From positions 5,503 through 69,502 of the forward strand of contig JBAZSL010000008.1 in the NCBI GenBank assembly GCA_041662445.1: a stretch of 64,000 nt of DNA, read 5' to 3'. This DNA is from Candidatus Babeliales bacterium (GTDB taxonomy: Bacteria; Babelota; Babeliae; Babelales; RVW-14). Positions 1 to 7,252 of the stretch are shown here, piece after piece. Under the pieces are notes generated by a model. The model did no database searches. It was not told the origin of the DNA and saw only the letters and a program-made list of their open reading frames with translations. Made by a program: the position numbers and the translations under genes. Each line of letters starts with the position of its first letter. Position 1 is the stretch's first letter.

Positions 1-916
1 ACATTGCCCCGTCTTTATCAATCCATTTTTCAAAAAGTGCATAAGGAAGTTTAAATATTCTTCCTACGAATCGTCCATCATCAGGGAAGCCATGGTTAAG
101 GTGGACAACGATGTAGGTATCCGTAAGAATAAAATTATTATCGAACCGACAAGTCTTATATTCCCATTCCTCTGGATAAACGAATTTTGTAACAATTTGA
201 GTAAGCGGAGCATCTTTTTTAAAAAATGCTAAAGGCTGATAAAGGATTCCCGATGAAGCATCAATAAAGAAACTTTCCAATTGATCGCATCCATGGGCAG
301 CCCATTCTGCAAAATTGCGAGATTCTCTTACAATCATAATTAGGTTATGGACTACCCAAACGTAGAAGTTCTCACTGAAAAAAAATTTATCTTCTCCTTT
401 AAATTCTTTTAGTTCTGGATCATTAAACAATCTTGAATACTCTTTTGTTACCGTATCTTTTAACGTCTGGTTCACCTTGCTTTGTTGAGCAATATCGGCA
501 AAACCAAATAGTTCGGGATAGTATACCGTAACCTCGTCATTCTCTTTGAAAAGCACTTTCTTTATCGTAACACCATTGGGGAGCTTATATTCCTTATCTT
601 CTCTTCCTATGACAAGGTTGCTGTGCAAAGCTTTTTCTTCCCTTACCTCAAACTCTATTCCATAGTACGAAAGGAGCTCTTCCTTTTTGGGCCGACAGCG
701 CGAAAAATCCTCGGCCTCTTTTGATTGAAAATTTTTATCCTTTGGTTGAGTATTCTGAGTGTCTTGTTTGACGTGATCTTCTGATGCTTTTGTGTTTGAA
801 GCTGTACGCAATGATGCTGCGGCCAGATTGATTTGTTGGCGGACGCGTTCAGAGGCTATCCCTTTGTTACAACCACTTAACAAAAGGCATAGTATCGAAA
901 AAATAAACTTAATCAT
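1..916 (-). CDS. lipoprotein, possibly DUF3298/RsiV-like; C-terminus lies outside the window
   Basis: Absent from the ORF track because it runs off the window edge. My translation from ATG at 916 gives MIKFIFSILCLLLSGCNKG... (lipobox LSGC), and the frame stays open to base 1. The motif EWAAHGCDQLESFFIDASSG resembles the DUF3298 core (from memory). Confidence 0.6.
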   Translation of the reverse strand, partial: MIKFIFSILCLLLSGCNKGIASERVRQQINLAAASLRTASNTKASEDHVKQDTQNTQPKDKNFQSKEAEDFSRCRPKKEELLSYYGIEFEVREEKALHSNLVIGREDKEYKLPNGVTIKKVLFKENDEVTVYYPELFGFADIAQQSKVNQTLKDTVTKEYSRLFNDPELKEFKGEDKFFFSENFYVWVVHNLIMIVRESRNFAEWAAHGCDQLESFFIDASSGILYQPLAFFKKDAPLTQIVTKFVYPEEWEYKTCRFDNNFILTDTYIVVHLNHGFPDDGRFVGRIFKLPYALFEKWIDKDGAM

Positions 917-1040
917 AGCCTTTATCTCCTTCATTAAAATTTGAGCTAAAGGTATGAATAATTACAACCTTTAGCTCATAAAGTAATTTATGAAAGAAAA
1001 ATGGTGCAACGGGTGCAGCATTATGTGAAAACAATGCTAA

Positions 1041-1520
1041 CTATTCTATCCATGCACATTGTTTGCAGAGCGGACAATGAACAGATTTTTCATTGCTTAT
1101 TTTGAGCATAAATGAACGCAACTTAGTTGGATCTTTTCCGTTAAGAAGTTTCTTAAATTCAATTATTTCAAGGATGGCATCTGGTCCACAGGCAACAAGA
1201 GATCCTCCAAACTCTGCGCACGACAATGTATATCCGCAATCATTTGAGCAGCGTAATGAAGCTTGAGCAAGCTCTCTTTGATCTATGGCAACTATAAGAG
1301 GAAGTATTGCCATTGTTTCGGCTAGTAAAAATTCGCCAACTTCTTTGTTGATTGTACGTACTACACTATTAGGTGAAAGTTCATGTTGAAGGGTAGGAGA
1401 GCTAAAACTATAAAAGTTACAGTCTATGTATAATGACGTAACCTCTTGTTTCTCAGCGTGATGTGCAAAAGGAAGGGTGAGTACACTTGTAGCAAAAATA
1501 CAAAAAAATTTAAACTTCAC
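1041..1520 (-). CDS. hypothetical secreted Cys-rich protein with C-terminal CPxC motif
   Basis: 159-aa ORF. The N-terminus MKFKFFCIFATSVLTLPFA looks like a signal peptide. The C-terminal part (RCSNDC..AEFGG...HCPLCKQC) is paralogous to the upstream neighbour. It overlaps that neighbour's stop by 11 nt. Confidence 0.55.
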   Translation of the reverse strand: MKFKFFCIFATSVLTLPFAHHAEKQEVTSLYIDCNFYSFSSPTLQHELSPNSVVRTINKEVGEFLLAETMAILPLIVAIDQRELAQASLRCSNDCGYTLSCAEFGGSLVACGPDAILEIIEFKKLLNGKDPTKLRSFMLKISNEKSVHCPLCKQCAWIE

Positions 1521-1773
1521 GGATTACTCCCTCTTTATCTTTTTGTGGTATAGAAAATTCTCCTTTATCCAAGTTCAATCCACAATATTGTGAACATACT
1601 GGGCATTTAACTTCTTCTCGATTTGCTATGCCCAGCATCAATTCTCTTGCAGCATCAGTTAAGAATCCACGAAAGATGAATTTTTTCCATGTTTCATAAA
1701 GATCACCTGCAAGATATCCCAAAAATTCAGCGCCGGTCATTTTATAGGAGCATTTTATACATCGTATTGACAT
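1510..1773 (-). CDS. small zinc-ribbon-like protein (CxxC ... CPVC)
   Basis: The track ORF is 1510..1809. I prefer the ATG at 1773 (MSIRCIKCSYK...), which is preceded by AAGGGAGA. Two Cys pairs (CIKC, CPVC) are present, plus an AEF(L/G)G motif shared with 1041..1520. Confidence 0.5.
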   Translation of the reverse strand: MSIRCIKCSYKMTGAEFLGYLAGDLYETWKKFIFRGFLTDAARELMLGIANREEVKCPVCSQYCGLNLDKGEFSIPQKDKEGVIREV

Positions 1774-1972
1774 AGGTTCTCCCTTTTGAAATATGAGAAA
1801 CTCATACAAGCGGACGTTAACTCAAGAATGTTTTTTTTGCAAGACTGATAGTGCCTGCGCGTGTATTATCGAACCCAAACAGCTAAATGCCGGAATCTAC
1901 GAGGCTCAAAAGCCCTTTGATATGATGCTGGAATGTTCGGATCGTCTATTATGGCGCCTGCGATCCGCCTGC

Positions 1973-2003
1973 CTCGCCGTAGCTATAAAAAAGCGTAGGT
2001 GGG
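1973..2003 (+). repeat. GC-rich structured repeat, copy A1 (CTCGCC-GTA-GCT-loop-AGC-GTA-GGTGGG)
   Basis: Hairpin read directly from the sequence. It is preceded by the shared box CGCCTGCC and is a near-copy of 58291..58325. Confidence 0.7.
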
Positions 2004-2039
2004 TAGCCACGAATGCTAGTGAGGGCGTAGGATCGCCCC

Positions 2040-2100
2040 CTCGTCGCCTGCCCTCCGTAGCCAGTTTCGGCGTAGGAGGGACATGTTCAGGAACGGGGAG
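2040..2100 (+). repeat. GC-rich structured repeat unit A3 (hairpin 2051..2080 plus 3' box TTCAGGAACGG)
   Basis: CCCTCC-GTA-GCC-agtttc-GGC-GTA-GGAGGG. The 13-nt 5' box CTCGTCGCCTGCC and the 3' box are also found in 2988..3080. Confidence 0.7.
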
Positions 2101-2179
2101 TTGGAGTTTGGCATGAGCTTGCATGTCCTTCAAATGCTTTTAGATTCCCACGATCTTGAGAGAATTCATCAATCTTCAC

Positions 2180-2530
2180 TCAATATCGAGCATAATGTTG
2201 CGTGCTATCGGTTGCGCTAATGCTCAGCGATCCCCTTTTGTGGGAGCGAACTTTTGGCGCGACATTGATGGTAACGTCTTGGCCAAGGTCATTGAGAAAT
2301 CTAAAAAGACGTTCCAGCGAGAATCCTGAAAGTTTTCCACTTGCCAGTGCCGAAATTTTGGGCTGATCTATGCCAAGTAAAAGTGCAGCTTTTTCCTGCG
2401 TAAGCTTTTTCTTTTTAATGACGCAATGAATTTGTCGAGCAAGTTCAGCTTTAGCCAAGGACTCTTCTGGATTTGAGACATTCAGATCGGCAAAAACATT
2501 GCCGCTGCTCAGTTCATACTTTTTTTTCAT
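2180..2530 (-). CDS. higA: XRE-family HTH antitoxin (HigA-like, COG5606-type)
   Basis: 116 aa. The HTH segment is LTQEKAALLLGIDQPKISALASGK. It overlaps the upstream toxin gene by 17 nt, and the order is toxin first, antitoxin second. Confidence 0.75.
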   Translation of the reverse strand: MKKKYELSSGNVFADLNVSNPEESLAKAELARQIHCVIKKKKLTQEKAALLLGIDQPKISALASGKLSGFSLERLFRFLNDLGQDVTINVAPKVRSHKRGSLSISATDSTQHYARY

Positions 2531-2882
2531 AACCTAATTCCTTATATATTTCGCACGCTTCTTTGAGCCGTTTTTTGACCAACTCTATTTCCTGTTGCGG
2601 TGTTTTAATTCCATGCTTCGATTTTTTCTGGAAGGCATGCAGAACAAAAACAGCCTTTGGCATCTTGACGGTGTAAACTACACGAAATGTGCCGGACTCG
2701 TTGCTTGCAATAATTTCTATAACACCGGCGCCTGCAAACCCTTTAAGAACCTTACTATGCACATAATGCTCACCAGTTTGGGCAAGATACAGTGCATAAC
2801 CAACTTGGCTCCTAATATCCTCAGTAAATTCAAGCAGATCTTTTTTACTTGAACCTATCCATAGCAGGGGTTTTATCTTCAT
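2514..2882 (-). CDS. higB: RelE/HigB-type toxin (phage Gp49-like, COG4679-type)
   Basis: 122 aa. The motif set GTFRVVY...VFVLHAFQKKSKHGIKTPQQEIELVKKRL is typical of Gp49/HigB-like toxins (from memory). It is paired with the XRE antitoxin. Confidence 0.75.
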   Translation of the reverse strand: MKIKPLLWIGSSKKDLLEFTEDIRSQVGYALYLAQTGEHYVHSKVLKGFAGAGVIEIIASNESGTFRVVYTVKMPKAVFVLHAFQKKSKHGIKTPQQEIELVKKRLKEACEIYKELGYEKKV

Positions 2883-2911
2883 GTACTTCTCTTTCCAAAA
2901 TTATCACTGAC

Positions 2912-2933
2912 ATTATGCTAAATTTAGCATAAT
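2912..2933. promoter_or_regulatory. perfect palindrome upstream of higB (candidate antitoxin operator)
   Basis: TTATGCTAAATTTAGCATAA (2913..2932) is a perfect 20-bp palindrome, extendable by one pair. It lies 30 nt upstream of the higB ATG. Confidence 0.5.
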
Positions 2934-2987
2934 TGTTTTTCGATGTATACAAGTCGGGGAAAAATGAAGAAAGTTAAGGGGCTGGAG

Positions 2988-3080
2988 CTCGTCGCCTGCC
3001 TCGCCGAAGCCTTGGCGGAGGAGGGCCTGTCACGCCATAGCTCCATAGGAGCGACGGCTGAATGCATTCAGGAACGGCGA
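2988..3080 (+). repeat. GC-rich structured repeat unit B (hairpins 3000..3025 and 3034..3056 plus 3' box)
   Basis: It has the same 5' box CTCGTCGCCTGCC and 3' box TTCAGGAACGG as 2040..2100. The first hairpin is CTCGCC-GAA-GCC-tt-GGC-GGA-GGAGGG. The second is CCATAGCTCC-ata-GGAGCGACGG. Confidence 0.7.
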
Positions 3081-3174
3081 AATAATTGAGCATTTCGCTT
3101 AAATGTTCTTTGCAATTTGGGCCATAAACGTTTCTATTTCTTCTGGCGAACCGCTAGCCCCCTTCTGGGGCCTT

Positions 3175-3387
3175 CTACCGCCTACCACGTTGAATCTTAT
3201 ATATAAATACACAGTCTTCAAAGGCCTGCCAAAACTGATTAGGATTATTCCCAGAGCGTAAACAGGCGTCTTTTATTAATTTACGGAGCTCTTCATCGGT
3301 AAGCTCTTCAGCTCCTGGTATATGTGCACTGCTCTCTCTTATTTCTTGCAACTTTCTGCGTAAATTTTCTTCCGGAGTAATATCCAT
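3175..3387 (-). CDS. hypothetical small protein (70 aa)
   Basis: ORF only, charged and helical-looking. No recognisable motif. Confidence 0.35.
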   Translation of the reverse strand: MDITPEENLRRKLQEIRESSAHIPGAEELTDEELRKLIKDACLRSGNNPNQFWQAFEDCVFIYKIQRGRR

Positions 3388-3540
3388 GGCTTGATTCCTT
3401 AAAGATTAAAAGCTTGAATAGGACTGCGAGCCATATTAAGCATTCCAGTAGCTAAGTCAAATATTGACTTGGGATTTTTTTAGCATAAGATTATTAACAG
3501 AATTCCTTCCCCTATAACCTATTTCATTCAGGAAAATTCG

Positions 3541-5091
3541 ATGCAACAAGGATTATTGCAACCAATTAGCCACAAAAAAATACTGATTTATCGTGCCGAA
3601 GCATCAGAAGGTGGCATAATCTATGTATATATTGGAAAAACAGGTCGCACGCTGGAGAAGCGCAGGTTGGAACACGAAAAGAATGCTCTCCAAAATAGTC
3701 CTTTCCCTTTACACAAAAAAATTAACGAGATTGCTCGTGTTCATTGGACGTGGACCAAGTTACTTGAATGTGATGAAGCAGAAGCAGATGATCAGGAGCA
3801 AAGATTTATTAATGTATATCGCGAAGAAGCATATCGAAATCAAAACTTGATTGTTTTAAATGATTCGCATAACGGAGTCAACAATACAGAACAGAACAAG
3901 CCCCCAAAAAACGATTTCGGAATACCAAGGGCAAATAAACAAAAAAACTACAAACCCAGTGAAATTGGCAACAAATTTTTAAGAATCTCTGGAAAAATAA
4001 AGCCTGTCATTAATCTTGCAACAAAACAAAAATATACAAGCGTTCTTCATGCAGAACGCGATGATCATGTATCAAGAGCAACCATCAAAATATCTTGTAA
4101 TACAGGAAAAATGTTAGCTAATGGCACTCGCTATGCTTATCTAGATATCGACGATAATCCCATGCTTAAAGAGGGGCACAGCAAAGATCATTATATTGGT
4201 AAAAATGCGCGTAAAGTTAAGGAGCTGATTAGTGGCCTTATTTACACTAGCGCTACCGAAGTTGCACATAAATATGGCATATCGGTTAGTGCCGTAGGCG
4301 ATTTTGCAAATGGCACATATATGATAGCCAAAGGAAAATATGTTTTTTGCTATTTAGATGCCAACAATAATGAAGTGTTGACATCTAATCACACAAAGGC
4401 CTTAGACTTAATCAATAAAAAACAATTGATTAAGTATGTTGCCTGGCCTGTAAGCTTTACCTATGAAAAAGCTAAAGAAAAAAAAGAAATTGGTTACTTT
4501 AAGACACTTTCTGACCTATATGAAAAATTAAAAATCAAAAACAAAAGCCATGTCAAAGCAGTTTGCGATGGAAAACGATCGCATGTCGAAATGTATAGAG
4601 TCGCTTATTACAATAGTGAAGTAGGCAGCCCTGAACTTACTGTAAAACACCTAGAAAAATCAAAAAAGAATTTACATAAGGTTTATTGTGTAAATGACAA
4701 CAAAAAATTTGACAATTGCACAGAGGCGGGGACATTTTATGGAATCGGGCCAAATCAAATAGGTTTGTGTGCCAGGGGTATGCTCAAATCAGTCTGGGTA
4801 AAAAATAATGGAACAGGCACAAAAAAAAGGTTTCAATTTAGATATTTAGATAAAAATGAGATGCCCATTATACCAGCTAAGCACCTTGAACCACTATCTC
4901 AACGAGAAGGCGTATCCAGAATTGTTCTTATAAATCCTCATCCAGACCTCATAAAACATTTAGGAACAGATAAATTCAGCTCTTTAGCAGAATTTTGTCG
5001 ATGTACGGGGGTTGGGTACAAAAGAGCTCAGCAGTATCGTAAAAATAAAAATGTTGATTTGCTTGGGTATGAATTTATTGAAGTAGATTGA
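3541..5091 (+). CDS. free-standing GIY-YIG nuclease with five repeated NUMOD/IENR-like DNA-binding modules (Seg/I-TevI-like homing endonuclease architecture)
   Basis: The N-terminus GIIYVYIGKTGRTLEKRRLEHE ... EQRFI matches the GIY..YIG..R..E pattern. Five modules of about 45 aa follow (aa 154-202, 225-272, 316-357, 380-436, 460-514) of the form V..i....y.S...A......s...I.....G......G..f.YLD. Confidence 0.7.
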   Translation: MQQGLLQPISHKKILIYRAEASEGGIIYVYIGKTGRTLEKRRLEHEKNALQNSPFPLHKKINEIARVHWTWTKLLECDEAEADDQEQRFINVYREEAYRNQNLIVLNDSHNGVNNTEQNKPPKNDFGIPRANKQKNYKPSEIGNKFLRISGKIKPVINLATKQKYTSVLHAERDDHVSRATIKISCNTGKMLANGTRYAYLDIDDNPMLKEGHSKDHYIGKNARKVKELISGLIYTSATEVAHKYGISVSAVGDFANGTYMIAKGKYVFCYLDANNNEVLTSNHTKALDLINKKQLIKYVAWPVSFTYEKAKEKKEIGYFKTLSDLYEKLKIKNKSHVKAVCDGKRSHVEMYRVAYYNSEVGSPELTVKHLEKSKKNLHKVYCVNDNKKFDNCTEAGTFYGIGPNQIGLCARGMLKSVWVKNNGTGTKKRFQFRYLDKNEMPIIPAKHLEPLSQREGVSRIVLINPHPDLIKHLGTDKFSSLAEFCRCTGVGYKRAQQYRKNKNVDLLGYEFIEVD

Positions 5092-5434
5092 GCAACTTTA
5101 TGGACTGGCTCGCCAGCCCTCTTGCGTGTCTTGCCACGCGTCCGCCGTGCTATCAAAATTTTTATGTGCCATAGAATAATCGGTTTGCAAGATCATCGAA
5201 GATTTCTACTATGCCATTATGCCATAAGGCTACTTAGAACATGGTGACGAAGGTGCGGAGGCTACGACGGTCACAGCTGTCGCTAACCTTTTGGAGATCA
5301 GGCAGGTATGTTTTTTTATCATCTCGTCTTCACATTTTTCTAAATCAATTGCGACGATGCACTGCCTAACCATTGCTACTTTTTAGAAGGAGCATCATAC
5401 AAATTTGCATTTCTAAGATTATGTGAAAAAGAAA

Positions 5435-5508
5435 CGTCCCCAAGGGGATTCGAACCCCTGTTACAGGAATGAAAATCCTGTGTCCTAGGCCAACTAGACG
5501 ATGGGGAC
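5435..5508 (-). tRNA. tRNA-Glu (anticodon UUC)
   Basis: Minus strand reads GTCCCCATCGTCTAGTTGGCCTAGGACACAGGATTTTCATTCCTGTAACAGGGGTTCGAATCCCCTTGGGGACG. It folds as a cloverleaf and is close to E. coli tRNA-Glu. CCA is not encoded. Confidence 0.93.
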
Positions 5509-5533
5509 ATATTTTTCAAAGGAAGCTGGCTTG

Positions 5534-5576
5534 CCATCCGTAGCTACGAGCCCAAAGGGCGAAGAGCGTAGGATGG
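5534..5576 (+). repeat. GC-rich structured repeat, copy D, in the tRNA-Glu/tRNA-Lys spacer
   Basis: CCATCC-GTA-GCT-(19-nt loop with GCCC/GGGC mini-hairpin)-AGC-GTA-GGATGG. The last 3 nt overlap the complement of the tRNA-Lys CCA end. Confidence 0.65.
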
Positions 5577-5649
5577 TGAGCCGCGTAGGAATCGAACCTA
5601 CGACCCACAGCTTAAAAGGCTGTTGCTCTACCGACTGAGCTAGCGGCTC
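5574..5649 (-). tRNA. tRNA-Lys (anticodon UUU), CCA encoded
   Basis: Minus strand reads GAGCCGCTAGCTCAGTCGGTAGAGCAACAGCCTTTTAAGCTGTGGGTCGTAGGTTCGATTCCTACGCGGCTCACCA. Canonical cloverleaf. Confidence 0.93.
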
Positions 5650-5713
5650 ACACAAGGCCAAGTATATCATAGGTTTTTTGAAAAACGAAAGACTTATATG
5701 CGTTTTTTGCTGT

Positions 5714-7078
5714 TTATCCCAGCAATTTACTACATACAAAGCAATAGATCAGAACTCCCAGAACATCCATAAGCGTTGCTAGAAAGGGTGCTGCCGAGTG
5801 TGCTGGGTCGATATTACAGCGTTCCAGTGCCATCGGGATAAGGGCACCAAGAACGACTGATGTGATGACAATCAGGAAGAGCGAAAGGCTGATGACAGCC
5901 GCACTTACAACGTCATGATAGGAAACATAAACTCTAATAAATCCTACAATTACCAAAAGAAGCGACATAATGATCGATACTCCCAATTCGCGGAGGAGCA
6001 CCTTAAATGCGTTGCGACGGGTCATTTCTTTGGTGGTAAGACCGCGTATAACAAGGGTTGCTGATTGATTGCCGGCGTTACCGCCAGTTCCAATAAGCAT
6101 GGTTAAAAATACCGCGATAATGGTGTATTGATTAAGCAACGAGCTATAGCTCGCCAAAATAATGCTTGAAAAGCTTTGCAGTACGAGCAGTCCAATAAGC
6201 CAGATGCCACGTTGCCACACCTGACGCCAGAGCGGTGTGCTGAAGTATCCATGATCGACCGGTATCAAACCAAACATCTTATAAACGTCTTCGCTACCTT
6301 CTTCTTTAATAATTTCAAAGACGTCGTCTGCCGTAATGACACCTAAAAAATGGTTATTTTTGTCGATGACCGGTGCAAACAAGATGCCATAGTGGTGCAT
6401 TTGGTTGGCAACATCTTCTTGGTCTTCGTCGACGAGTACCACAAGCTCGTTAGGACTCATAACGTGAGATATGGGTGTTTCGGGCTTATTAAGTACCAAT
6501 TTATCCAAGGTGACATAACCAATCAGAACATCGTCTTTATTGGTGACATAGATGCGATGCATTTCGGTCTTGCCCGGGCCAAGGCGCTGTAAAAGCTCAA
6601 CACTGCGACGTACCGTAAAATCATCCTGAAGCGTAATGACATCGCTATGCATACGACCGCCTGCAGAACGCGGATTGAAGTGCAAGAGCGAAAGTATCTG
6701 ATTACGCTGATTGAATCGCAACAGCTTGAGGTATTTTTCAAGGTCTTCATCCGACAAAAAATCAAAAAGGTCGGTGAGCTCGTCTGCTGGCATGTTTTTA
6801 AGAATAAGTGCCGCGTGGTCAAGGTCGAGTTGGAGCAGTAATGGCGCTTGTTGGGCTTGGGGCAATTTTCTAAAGACGCTTATTGAAATGTCTGCGGGAA
6901 GCTTTTTAAAGAGTGCTACTTGGTGGTCGGCATCCACTTTGCTGACAAGCATTGCGATATCGGCAAAGTGCTGCGTGAGGAGAATGTTCCAGAGGTCGCG
7001 GCCAAGCGTTGTATCTCCAGCAATGACTGAATCGATATTGTTCTCGATTTGGAAGAGAATTTTCTTAATCTTCAGCAT
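5714..7078 (-). CDS. mgtE: magnesium transporter MgtE
   Basis: 454 aa with an MgtE N-domain, a CBS pair and a C-terminal TM domain carrying GTGGNAGNQSATLVIRGL. Confidence 0.9.
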   Translation of the reverse strand: MLKIKKILFQIENNIDSVIAGDTTLGRDLWNILLTQHFADIAMLVSKVDADHQVALFKKLPADISISVFRKLPQAQQAPLLLQLDLDHAALILKNMPADELTDLFDFLSDEDLEKYLKLLRFNQRNQILSLLHFNPRSAGGRMHSDVITLQDDFTVRRSVELLQRLGPGKTEMHRIYVTNKDDVLIGYVTLDKLVLNKPETPISHVMSPNELVVLVDEDQEDVANQMHHYGILFAPVIDKNNHFLGVITADDVFEIIKEEGSEDVYKMFGLIPVDHGYFSTPLWRQVWQRGIWLIGLLVLQSFSSIILASYSSLLNQYTIIAVFLTMLIGTGGNAGNQSATLVIRGLTTKEMTRRNAFKVLLRELGVSIIMSLLLVIVGFIRVYVSYHDVVSAAVISLSLFLIVITSVVLGALIPMALERCNIDPAHSAAPFLATLMDVLGVLIYCFVCSKLLG

Positions 7079-7252
7079 GGGATGCTCCGTTCTTCGTTAC
7101 CGGTAAGCACCGTCAAGGAAACCCGCCCAAGCAATTCCTATTTGACTTTATTTTACTACAAACTACACTAAAACGGAAACGCTTTCTTTTAAATAAGATT
7201 AACCCTTAGTATACGCAGTTTTTGTGAATGTAAAGCGATTTCGTCTTGTTGG

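Noticed and set aside
1793-2133. Overlapping ORFs of 107 aa (+) and 75 aa (-)
   Set aside because: Both are created by the G+C-rich repeat copies at 1973-2100, where stop codons are rare. They have no RBS, overlap each other antisense, and have low-complexity R/G/P/A-rich translations.
1041-5091. Integron-like cassette array (small ORFs separated by imperfect palindromes)
   Set aside because: There is no integrase in the window. The repeats lack GTTRRRY-type core sites (the 3' box reads GTTCAGG). The same repeats also occur at unrelated loci (19.2 kb, 58.2 kb, the tRNA spacer). A REP- or MITE-like family explains them better.
5494-5739. 81-aa ORF on the minus strand
   Set aside because: It runs straight through tRNA-Glu, the repeat copy and tRNA-Lys.
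7079-7252. Possible Mg2+ (M-box) riboswitch upstream of mgtE
   Set aside because: The leader is short, and I could not find the conserved M-box helices or sequence blocks. It cannot be supported by eye.
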